From Mesotaenium endlicherianum (taxonomy: Eukaryota), in the NCBI GenBank assembly GCA_009602735.1, contig WELA01001462.1, positions 143,943 to 163,942 of the forward strand: 20,000 bases of DNA. The letters are read 5' to 3'. The notes beneath the pieces were generated by a model. It saw only the letters and a list, made by a program, of their open reading frames with translations. It was not told where the DNA came from and ran no database searches. Shown here piece after piece: positions 1 to 10,500 of the stretch. Both the position numbers and the translations under genes were made by a program. The number at the start of each line of letters is the position of its first letter. Position 1 is the stretch's first letter.

Positions 1-443
1 CTGTTTCTTGAATAAAGGTCAGCAGTACGTTTGCCGTCTGGGTCATCTGTCTCCTGTAGGCCAAGCCGATGTCATCATAATTTATACTTTGGAGAACGTA
101 TCACATCTAAGGAAGGCTATTAAGGTGCATCATCTTGGCTAGTAAGTGGGTTCTTCATGAGGATTGTCCACAATGACTCAGTCACTATCAACGGACGAGG
201 AGATGGAAGGAAGTAGGCTAGTAACTCTCCAATTTGAAGTGGGAGATGCTAGAGACGTCAAGATGATAACATGGGATAGCGTCATGTGAGAGCTAGTTAA
301 CACGTCTTACTTATCAATCAAAGCGAGGTCTGAACCTAGGGGGCTTTCTCTCCACATCCATGAGCTTAATAGGATAAAGTCTGCAGTATCTTATTCCAAA
401 GTTCCTGCAGGTGTGAGAGACTATAACGATTCAGGGAAGCATT

Positions 444-1014
444 ATGGCAACCACAACAAGGCGCCGGCCTCCCTCGTTGGCGGAGAACCTCATGCGGGTC
501 CCTATTTCTCAAAGATCAGGCCTGATGGAGAAATTACAAGGGGGAGATGCACGCAACGTTCTTGACATGCTCCAAAATGTTGACAGCTTAGACTCTCCTT
601 CTAAGAACCGACCATACATTTGGCCATTCAGCAGCCCGGAAAAGTGGTTTAGGCACTCTCCAAACACTCTTAATCACCACACACATCCGCCGCAAAAATC
701 GGCGCATGACGGTAGCCCAGAACAGATAAAGAGCACAGATGCTTCTCACAAGTTTCACTTGAAAGAAGCATCCTTTTGCTCCCCAATCAAAGCGGCAAAG
801 GCCGCTTCAAAAGTACTTGGCGATAACAGTCCCGAGACAAGCAGAGGAGCCCTAGGCGAACAGGCCAGGACAGGGGACATAAAAGGGCATGCACCACCCC
901 CAGGAAAAGTCGCTCGGAAGTTTCACTGCTGGTGGCTTCTGCTGTCACTTCTCTGTGTGTTTTTCTTTGCCTGGAGTGTAAGGAAGCTCTATGCAGGTGT
1001 TTCGTCCGCACGAG
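444..1014 (+). CDS. GT61-A exon 1 (cytoplasmic tail + TM anchor)
   Basis: ATG at 444; donor GAG|GTACGT at 1015 matches paralog B donor GAG|GTACTT; hydrophobic helix at ~930-980. Confidence 0.75.
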
Positions 1015-4000
1015 GTACGTTCCCAACTGTTGGTGACGGCACATGGGCGACCTGTCTAGCAGTTATATCTGAAGGGGTGGGAGCCACCAGCCACCCATGT
1101 GGAAACGAGTGTGTAGACGTGATGCATCAGGGATCACGCCAGGCATTGGGCCGAGTCGAATACGCTTCCAGGCCTCATGTAGAGTGCCTCAGTTCCGGAC
1201 TGGGCAAGGCTGGGGGTACACCTGTCTCGATGCCAAGAATCGTACTCTTGCCGGTGTCAGGAGGAGATAAGTTCACGTCGTACTGATGTGAGGGTAGCAT
1301 GTGACTGTAATGCTGCTCTTGTTCTTGGTCACGTGTCCCCTCACCGCTCGCAGGAGCCGTGTACGCCGCTCACAATGGGCAGCAATGCCTGTGGCGCGGG
1401 GACTGTTGCAGAGCAAGCTGCGGTGAATGGCTCCTCCTTGGCGATGCCCACTCACCTGGCTGCAAGAGCAGCTATGCGGGGGGCCCCCTTGCCCTACACC
1501 TGGAGCACATACTCATACATATTCTCTTCCGGGAGGCACATTGTAGAGGTTCCTCCCATCCCTGTGCTCCCCAATGCTCAGGGGGCGGGAGGCGTTGAGC
1601 ACGTACTCCATGATGCATCTAAGGAGCAGAAGCAACCAGAGGAGGGGGACGGCGGGCAGACGCCAAAGAAGTATGCGGGTGGCGTCAAAGTAGGTCTTTC
1701 AAACGAAGGACAAGAAGGGGGTGAGGCGATAGTTTCGTCGGAGGTGCCGCATGAAGAGGGCGATAGCTTAGTGCAGGGTGGGGACGAGAGCAAGGAGGAC
1801 GTGACAAGGGACAGCGCCGCTCCTTCTTCTTTCTCTTCCGCAGCGCAAGCAGGCACCAGAGCCGAAGCGGAGCAGGGCTCTGATGATGCGGCAGGCGGGC
1901 TACACAAGACCCAAGCGAGCGCCGAGGGAGGAGAGGAAGGCCTCTCCCGGGGAGTCGGTACAGAGGCGGGTAGTGATGTCACAATTGTGTTGGCAAAAAC
2001 GGCATCCCGGTCGTCGCCTTTGCCTCAAAAGGCGCCTCAGAAAGAGCACCAGGGGGACGAGGGCGAGGTCTTTGCTTGCGACAGGTCCAGCTGGCGGGCG
2101 GACGTGTGCCGGATGCGGGGGGACGTGCGCGTGAAGGGCGATAGCAAGGTGCTGTGGCTGTTCTCCCGCAACCAGACGGTCCCGCGGGGCACCCAGAAGG
2201 TGAAGCCGTACCCGCGCAAGTGGGAGGGCCTCACTGAGTACTGCATGGGCACCGTCATGGAGCTCGTGCTCAGGTGCATCGACGACCCCACGCAGCAACA
2301 GCAGCAAGAGGCGCGAGTTGCATCAGAAGCCGGGCTTTCAAGGGGCACGGGAAGAGCCCAGCTGGAGCAGGCGCAGCAGCTTGGGACATCTGACGCTGAC
2401 TTTGAGGGCGCCAATCAGGCTGTCCAGTCCAGCAGGAGGCTGCTGAGCGGCGCTCCTGGAGGGGGCGGGGGTGCTCTTGGGCAAGGAGGCGAGGAGGAGG
2501 CATCCCATGCCTGGGGTCGTCCTGCTGGCGTGCAGGTGGGAAAGGGAGCTGAGGGCGGCAGGAGGCGCTTGCTCAAGGCCCACTCCAAAGCCCACAAGCA
2601 CCACGCCAAGCTGCCCGCAGAGAAGGGCCTGGGAAGCTCCCACACGAAAGTCTTGAGGGGAGCAAAGGAAGTGTGGGGCCGGGTGTCGGGCATGGAGGGC
2701 TCGGCCCAGCTTGGCGAGTGGCGAAGCGACGAGAGGGCCGATTGGGACCGGAGCCCCTTCATGTACCTGGGCGTGTGGCCCAAGGAGTGGAAGCTGCGCA
2801 AGTGGCTGGGGGCTTGGAGGGCCAAGGGGAGCATGACGCGGTGGCCCCCCGGCTCCCTGAAAAGCCCGCCGCCGCTGACGTGCGACGTGCGCCACCGTGT
2901 GCCAGCTGTCGTGATCTCCACCGCTGGCTACTCCGGGAACATCTACCACGACTTCAACGAGTGTATGCGCCCAATTGCGCCTCTGCGCCTGCCTCCGTGC
3001 GTCCTTGCTGCCTGCACGTGCATCTCACTCTTTCTCTGGGCTAGCTGGAGTCAGGCTCTGGAGTTGAGAGGGGATCAACTCTGTTCGTGCCATGCTGCTT
3101 GTGAGTCGTATCCGTATCATCCTTTGTTGTGAAATTGCTTGCTTACGTAGTGTCCAGGTGTCACACGTGGAGTAGTATGCCCCCTTGGTGACTGGACGAT
3201 CAAGGTTCGTGAGTTGGTGACGGCAAGGACAAGTGCGTCGTAACTATCCACCTTCTCTCTGCCGCCTGTGCACGTGGCGAGAAGAGGTAAAGGCGGCCCT
3301 AACCCAGCTAATGCTGATGATCTTTTGGACGGCGGGCGGGGGCCGGTGCAGGCCTCATCCCTCTTTGGGTGACAGTGCAGCAGTATGACCGCGAGGTCGT
3401 CCTCGTCATCAGCGATGCCCGCGATTGGTGGATCCTCAGATACTGGGAGCTGCTGGACCAGATGTCCAACTACCCTCCCGTGCTCCTCGGCCAGGTGTGT
3501 GCGTGTGTATGTGTGTGTGTGTGTGTGTCAGCTTCAGCGACGTGTCCACAGCTGGTGCCTGGAGCTGTTGGGCCGTGCATGCGTGCAGGCGTCGTGCGTG
3601 TGTGAGAAAGGGGGGCTGCATCCTGCACTCGATGCAAGAGAGCTGATGGGTGAGAGTGGTTGAATGGGTGCAGGATTCCCAAGTGCACTGCTTCCCAGAA
3701 GCGACAGTTGGCGCCACCACCCACGACGACCTGGCTGTGGATTCCACTCGCATGCGCGACCACAAGAGCATCCACGACTTCCAAGTGAGAGGCAGCTCAC
3801 ACTCTTTCACTATTCTCGGAAGCTTGTCAATAGTCATATTAACTTTGAGTGTCTACCCCCCCNNNNNNNNNNNNNNNNNNNNNNNNNNNNNNNNNNNNNN
3901 NNNNNNNNNNNNNNNNNNNNNNNNNNNNNNNNNNNNNNNNNNNNNNNNNNNNNNNNNNNNNNNNNNNNNNNNNNNNNNNNNNNNNNNNNNNNNNNNNNNN

Positions 4001-4244
4001 NNNNNNNNNNNNNNNNNNNNNNNNNNNNNNNNNNNNNNNNNNNNNNNNNNNNNNNNNNNNNNNNNNNNNNNNNNNNNNNNNNNNNNNNNNNNNNNNNNNN
4101 NNNNNNNNNNNNNNNNNNNNNNNNNNNNNNNNNNNNNNNNNNNNNNNNNNNNNNNNNNNNNNNNNNNNNNNNNNNNNNNNNNNNNNNNNNNNNNNNNNNN
4201 NNNNNNNNNNNNNNNNNNNNNNNNNNNNNNNNNNNNNNNNNNNN

Positions 4245-4307
<63 letters not shown>

Positions 4308-5520
4308 GACACACACACATATATGCTTGCTCACACACTGTGGGCAGAGAAGCTCACCTGTGGCTCAGGCTGGGGCGTGGTGAAAGGCGAGTGAAGGCAG
4401 GCGGCGCCGCAGTGCGTGTGGAATAAGTGCAAGCATACTCCATTGCTGTGCTGTCCTGATGCCGCGAAGCTTTCCCCTGGGTGATCTGGTTGGTCTGGCC
4501 CGCGCAGGCAATGCTGCGGCGGGCGTGGGAGTCCAAGGTCACGCCGGCAGTTGGCGGCGGCAACTGCTCGCGGCCGCAGATGGCCATCATCGTGCGCACG
4601 GGGGCGCGCTCCTTCACCAATCACAAGAAGCTCGCGCGCGTGGCCGAGGGGCTGGGGTACGCGGTGCGCATCATCGACCCCGCAGCCGGCGTCTCCCTGG
4701 CTGACATGTGGGGCCACATGCAGCGCAGTGCGGTTGTCATAGGCGTGCATGGAGCGGCCATGACCCACCTGCTCTTCATGCGCCCCGGCTCCTTTTTCAT
4801 CCAGGTGGGTCTTGTCCGGATGCTGGGCCCTCCAGTTCCTGCATGCTCGCCTGTTGATAGGTGGACTCTGGGCTCCTTTGTTTGAGTGCTGCGCCTGGCC
4901 GTGCTGCACCCCCTGCGTGCGCGCTGCTCTCCTCTTGGCACGTGGCGCTCGTTGCCCTCCTGCTGCACACAATCTCATGCCATCGCTGCACTGCCAGCTC
5001 AGCCCCACATGGGCCTCGCGAGATGGAAACAGTTGATGCCACGCATGCCGGACAGGTGGCACATGATTGCTGCTGATGCCAGCTCTCTGGCTCGCAAGAG
5101 TCAGATGGTGCCCTCTTTTCGTCGCACCCCATCATTACTCCCTTCCTCGCCTATCAGGCGGGCGCAGGACTGAAAGAGTTTGTGGTGCCATCCCCCCTTC
5201 GCGAGTGCATGCAGGTAATCCCCCTCGGCTTGGAGCAGCCAGCCCGAGAGTTTTACGGCCTGCCGGCCATGAAGCTCGGCCTCCACTATGTGGCCTACAA
5301 CATCACCATGAAAGAGAGCACCCTGAGCAGAATATACCCGGCCAATGACCCCGTGCTCACGAACCCCGGCTCCATTGTTGGAAAGGGCTGGATGAGCCTG
5401 AAGGGCATCTATCTGGACAATCAGAACGTCACCCTCTCGAAGAAACGGGTGGCGGGTGTGCTGAAGCGGGTGATGAAAGTCTTGGCGTCTGATGCTCCTG
5501 CTCTGGAGCAGTACTGCTGA
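444..5520 (+). CDS. GT61 (DUF563) glycosyltransferase, MUCI21/xylan xylosyl- or arabinosyltransferase-like, paralog A; join(444..1014,1412..2962,3352..3494,3674..3784,4508..4804,5215..5520), ~992 aa
   Basis: Family motifs recognised in translation: CDRSSWRADVCRMRGDVR, KVKPYPRKWE, CDVRHRVPAVVISTAGYSGNIYHDFNE-CLIPLW, HCFPEA, GVHGAAMTHLLFMRPGSFFIQ-VIPLG, ESTL..IYP..DPVL..P, KGW....IYLDNQNV. Single N-terminal TM helix (WWLLLSLLCVFFFAW). All introns are GT-AG, phases are compatible (1,1,0,0,0), and intron positions are shared with paralog B. Intron 4 contains an N gap. Confidence 0.88.
1412..2962 (+). CDS. GT61-A exon 2 (stem, N-terminal catalytic region, large insert)
   Basis: Acceptor TGTTGCAG| is phase 1 and at the same position in B; donor T|GTATGC follows HDFNE. 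Confidence 0.82.
3352..3494 (+). CDS. GT61-A exon 3
   Basis: GTGCAG| then LIPLWVTVQQYDREVVLV...PPVLLGQ|GTGTGT; 143 nt, same length as B exon 3. Confidence 0.9.
3495..3528. repeat. (GT)n microsatellite starting at the intron 3 donor of gene A
   Basis: gtgtgtgcgtgtgtatgtgtgtgtgtgtgtgtgt. Confidence 0.9.
3674..3784 (+). CDS. GT61-A exon 4
   Basis: GTGCAG| then DSQVHCFPEATVG...IHDFQ|GTGAGA. Confidence 0.9.
3863..4244. other. Assembly gap (382 N) in intron 4 of gene A
   Basis: Run of N flanked by poly-C and (TC)n. Confidence 0.99.
4245..4319. repeat. Compound (TC)n(AC)n microsatellite
   Basis: Directly visible next to the gap. Confidence 0.97.
4508..4804 (+). CDS. GT61-A exon 5
   Basis: CGCAG| then AMLRRAW...GVHGAAMTHLLFMRPGSFFIQ|GTGGGT. 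Confidence 0.9.
5215..5520 (+). CDS. GT61-A exon 6 (to TGA)
   Basis: TGCAG| then VIPLGLEQ...YLDNQNVTL...EQYC*; 306 nt, same length as B exon 6. Confidence 0.9.
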   Translation, partial: VIPLGLEQPAREFYGLPAMKLGLHYVAYNITMKESTLSRIYPANDPVLTNPGSIVGKGWMSLKGIYLDNQNVTLSKKRVAGVLKRVMKVLASDAPALEQYC

Positions 5521-7276
5521 AAGCCGTCATTCTTGTTCTCCTGCACATTTTATGGGTATTTATAAAGAAGGCTCCTCACACGCAACTGGACTTGTTGGCT
5601 CTCGCTTCCCGTCTGGTATTAATGATATGGCGTCGAATGTAGCTGTAGTGCACCAGGTTTCGATCCTATCATTTAGTTCAGAGAGTAGGTTGACGAGGTC
5701 AAATTAGAGCTTGATTTTTTGGCAAGGCTCCCATCCGATCGCTCTGAAGTTGTGCAGGTTAGTGTATCTTAGTAGATAGAGACAGGGAGGAATATTCTCA
5801 TATAGTCCCTCCATAAAGCGGTAAGAATGAGGAAAGGTTAAATTATCGCGTGTCAAGTTATGGTATTGTCACATTTAGTTAGATTGTTTGTCTGGAAGAC
5901 GGCCTTACAAAGGCATTCTACGCCTGCACACTAGAGGGCCTTCTGATCTTTAGTAGATCGGGGCCATTGATTGTTTAGGTAAGTTGTTCAAAGAGCATGT
6001 TTCTCCAACTGTTTCCACGTACATGAAGCACTCTTTGCGCAGGCATATTCTTAAGCACTTGATGGACGCTTATTGTTGACTTTTCTATGTTGGTAAGCGT
6101 CAAAGAAAATACATGCAGGCCTAATCAATCAGGATAAGAATGCCTATGTTTTCAGGAACGCTGACCTTGTCGCTGATGGTACCCAAATACACGTGGTAAG
6201 AATGATATGAATGTACATAGGCAAACATCACGGGTGGGCTGCTAAAAATACATTGGCTACCTATATGCATTTTGTGTTCAATTCACGTACTCTATGAGTA
6301 TCATATGCCAGAGGTGGAAATATGCGTTCCTCTAGATCACTCTACTATATCAGTATTCAAGGCCAAGCACGTGCGAGATGGTTGTCACGACAACTATAAA
6401 AAGGGAAGTGAGGGAAAATCAACTGACGAGATTTTCTTTCTCTCTCATATTTGTCCTTGGGCCTCAGCTACCATTCCAAGTAGGACTTCCTCTCCATTAG
6501 CTTCTTCAACAATACCTATAACCAAGGCTAATCATAGGGTGAGCAAGCAATTTGGGCCTAAAACCGTGAGGAGACTTGACTCAATACGTTACCGTATGCA
6601 TTCTTGAATGAACTGGGGAGAGGGCCTAAACATGCAGTGACGTTGCCACGCACTCATTTCCATACTCTTTTGGGCTGAGGAATCCATGTCTCAGGAACGC
6701 TGGGGGAAAACAAATGGCACTGGCGTCATCATGATAACGACATGTCCATTGTATATCATGGAATACGTCCACATCATTGGGCACTTCGGTCGGATGTGAG
6801 ATACTTGGAATAACAGTTTATTAGCAAATTAGCTTGCCAAATAGCGAACATTCTTTGCATTGTCCTTTGACCCTGCAAAACTATTAAATCTCAAGGGCCC
6901 CTCTTTGCGCATATGCAGATTTAGGAACAACCTCTTGCATTCACATAATTGCACCCGATGTGACAAACACCCATTTATCTATAAACCGTATAACTCATTG
7001 CTTCCACACTATTCCTGCTTTCAGGACTTTCAAAGTCTCCAACACCAACTTTGTCTATGACTACCTTACGCAACCCTTGACTGAGAGGAAAAGGGGCCCT
7101 GACCTCGTCAATTACTCGCCCATAAATATCAACAAGAAACCCATTGCTTGTGCTCATACTACGATGCCTTGTCACTTCTTCCAAAGAGAAAGCCCGGGCC
7201 AAACATTTGAATTGCGTGTGAGCAGCCTTTGTCTGAAATACCAGACCTTTTGCAGGACAAACATTAGTGTCCACAG

Positions 7277-7582
7277 TCAGCAATACTTGCTCAAAGCAGG
7301 AGCATCAGACACCAAATGATTCATCACTCGCTTCAGCACTCCCGCCACCCGTGCCTTGGAGAGAGTGACGTTCTGATTGTCAAGGTACATGGCCGCCATT
7401 CTCCCCCAGCCCTTCTTAATGATGGAGCCGGGGTCAGTGAACACGGGGTCATCCGCCGGATAGATTTCACTCAGGGTGCTCTCCTTGACTGTGATGTTGT
7501 AGCCCACATAGTGGAGGCCGAGCTTGATGGCGGGATTGCCAAAGTAGTCTCTGCATATTTTCTTCAGGCCGAAGGGAACCAC
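7277..7582 (-). CDS. GT61-B exon 6 (to TGA)
   Basis: TGCAG| then VVPFGLKK...YLDNQNVTL...SKYC*. Confidence 0.9.
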   Translation of the reverse strand: MVPFGLKKICRDYFGNPAIKLGLHYVGYNITVKESTLSEIYPADDPVFTDPGSIIKKGWGRMAAMYLDNQNVTLSKARVAGVLKRVMNHLVSDAPALSKYC

Positions 7583-10500
7583 CTGCATGCACGCCCAAAC
7601 GAGGAAGACTTTGCGCATGGGCTTGGGATGGCTTCAGAGAGGGGGCCGAAGGAGGGCATCCATCCAAACCGAACGAGCTATGAAGCCAGTGTACCAGCAG
7701 CAGCAGCAGCAGCACGTGCCACCTGTTGTGCATGCGACCCATTTCACGAGCGAATTTGCATCTCCTGAGGCGCGCGTGGTGCCAAACCAAGCTGGCACTT
7801 TGCTGTGCAGGAACAACATGAGATTGTGTGCAGCAAAAGCTCAACGAGCGCCACGGGCAGAAAGGAGAGCAGCGAGCACGCAGGCGGGGCGGCACGGCCA
7901 TGCGCAGCATTTCAACAGACGAGCCCAGAGTCCACCAATCAACAGGCGAGCATGCAGGAACTGGAGGGCCCAGCATGCGGACAAGACCCACCTGGATAAG
8001 GAAGGAGCCAGGGCGCATGAAAAGCATGTGCGTCAAGCCCGCCCCGTGCACACCCATCACGACCGCGCTGCACTGCATGTGGCCCCACATGTCAGCCAGG
8101 GGGGGGATCCCGAAGGTGGGGATGAGGATGCGCACTGCGAACCCAAGCCCCTCAGCTAGTTCTACAAGCGTCTCCTGATTGGTCAAGGAGCGCGTCCCCG
8201 TGCGCGCGATGATGGTCACCTGCGGCCGCGAGCAGTTGCCGCCGCCAACTGCCGGTGTGACCTTGGAGTCCCACGCCCGCCGCAGCATTGCCTGCGTGAC
8301 CAGACCAACCAAATCACCCAGGGTAACCTTGCAGCATCAGGGGCACCAATGCGTGCATGTTCCACACGGAGTGCTGCACCGCCTGCAGGAGGAAGCCTTT
8401 AGCGGCGGTTGCATCTGGTTGAAGGCTCGAGTGGAACCGTCGCGTGCGGCCACACATTACAGCCCTCCTAGGGAACCCAGACTGGCGGGGCACAGAAGGA
8501 GTCAGCTGCTGGGCATTCGCCATTCCGGCTGCGGAGGGCGTGCTTGGAGCTGCACACAAGGGAGCAAGCTTCACTAACATACAGCAGCTAAGACCTCAAC
8601 AGCCTTCGGTTCTCTGAATCCATGCTTCCTCCACTCCACACAGCGCAGTGGTGGGGCCTTCACACGCCCCCCCCGCCCTTGAAAAGTGCGAGAGAGGGGG
8701 GGAGAGAAAGAGCAAAGAGCAAAGAGAAGCGCCCTCACCACAGCCAAACTGGGGAATGGAACGGTGCGCAAGAGCCCAAGCGCGAGCTGCCCCTCACCTG
8801 GAAGTCGTGGATGGTCTCGTTGTTGGGCATGAGCTTGGGGTCCACAGCAAGGTCGCCCTTACTTCGGTACAAGCCAACTATCACTTCTGGAAAGCAGTGC
8901 ACATGGGGCTCCTGAGACACCCGCCCGAGCACGGCCACTCGCACCCGTGAGGTCTCTTTTAAGTAAGGAGAAGGTCCAGGGGTGGAGGGTAGGGGGAGAT
9001 GGGGGNNNNNNNNNNNNNNNNNNNNNNNNNNNNNNNNNNNNNNNNNNNNNNNNNNNNNNNNNNNNNNNNNNNNNNNNNNNNNNNNNNNNNNNNNNNNNNN
9101 NNNNNNNNNNNNNNNNNNNNNNNNNNNNNNNNNNNNNNNNNNNNNNNNNNNNNNNNNNNNNNNNNNNNNNNNNNNNNNNNNNNNNNNNNNNNNNNNNNNN
9201 NNNNNNNNNNNNNNNNNNNNNNNNNNNNNNNNNNNNNNNNNNNNNNNNNNNNNNNNNNNNNNNNNNNNNNNNNNNNNNNNNNNNNNNNNNNNNNNNNNNN
9301 NNNNNNNNNNNNNNNNNNNNNNNNNNNNNNNNNNNNNNNNNNNNNNNNNNNNNNNNNNNNNNNNNNNNNNNNNNNNNNNNNNNNNNNGGAAGAAGGAGAG
9401 GGAGGGGGAGGGGGAGACGGGAGGGGGAGGGGAGACGGGAGGGAGAGAGAGGGGGAAAGCAAAATAGGAAGATACAAAGAGTGGGGAGAGGGAGAAAGGG
9501 CAAGAGAGAGAGAGGAGGAAAAGAAGAGAGAATTTCCATGCAGCCCCTTCAATCATAATCCCATGTACGGACATGCACAGGAGCACCCACACCACGCACA
9601 CAGCCCCCACCACCACAGCTCCAGGCACCAGCTGCAGGCAGTATCTCTGTTTGCCGCTAGGATGAGAGCACTGCCAGCACAGCCGCCGGCTTGAGCGACA
9701 TATTAAGAGCATGAGGAGCATATGGGAATCGACCAAGTGACTACATGCCTCAAATTGGTCCTGGGTGCAGCTATCTCCCTCTGTCAAGAAGTCCGTGCTG
9801 AGCCCTCCCTTTATCAGGGAGAGTCATAAGCCTCCATATGGCCACCCGGGACACCAGTGGTTTCTCCAGGCTCTGCAGGCTACGATGGCGACAAGTGGCT
9901 AGTCTTGCTATGTAAGAAACAGCCCAGAAAACTGAAGCTCCCGCACACACTCACACACACCTGGCCGAGGGGACGGAAGGGTTCTTGCTTCTCTCGAACT
10001 AGGAGTTCTCCCTCTCTTTCCCTCTCTTTCACGCACGCACACACCTGGCCGAGGAGCACGGGAGGGTAGTTGGACATCTCGTCCAGCAGCTCCCAATAAT
10101 GGTGGATAACCCAATTCTGAGCATCGCTGAGGATGAAGACGACCTCACGCTCGTACTGCTGCACCGTTATCCAGAGGGGGATGAGCACTGCACAGCCCGC
10201 CCAAACCTCCATCAGCTTCAGCTGGGGCGCGGGTGGGCCCTTCTCTCCTTTGCTCGCCACGTGGACCGGTGCAACAGGAGCAGAGAGAAGGTGGATGATG
10301 ACGATGTCCATGCCGCTGGCACCCCTAAGAATCAACTGTCGAGCCGCTCAAGCAGCGCATAGGCACACTACTACTTCCTGCATGTGTGTGAGACAACTCT
10401 ACAAACTGCAAGCAAGCAAGCAAGCTGACCATCGCTGGAAGAATGCAGACACGGGAAACAAGCCGGGAGACGGAGTGCTGATAGGAACTGAGCGCCATCG

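Noticed and set aside
1351..1354. Alternative acceptor CGCAG|GAG for exon 2 of gene A
   Set aside because: Phase 0 is incompatible with the phase-1 donor at 1015; the 1411/1412 site is phase-correct and conserved in B.
3650..4426. ORFs spanning N runs (also 8735-9787)
   Set aside because: Artefacts of gaps and microsatellites.
6138..6706. Short direct repeat ATGT(T/C)..TCAGGAACGCTG twice in the intergenic spacer; ORFs 6272-6607 and 6960-7319
   Set aside because: Only two short copies with no element structure; the ORFs start at non-ATG codons and lack motifs.
7467..8312. 281-aa ORF reading through intron 5 of gene B, and other long overlapping or antisense ORFs in 1.3-11.9 kb
   Set aside because: Explained by high GC content and exon frames running into introns; the homologous intron in A has an early stop.
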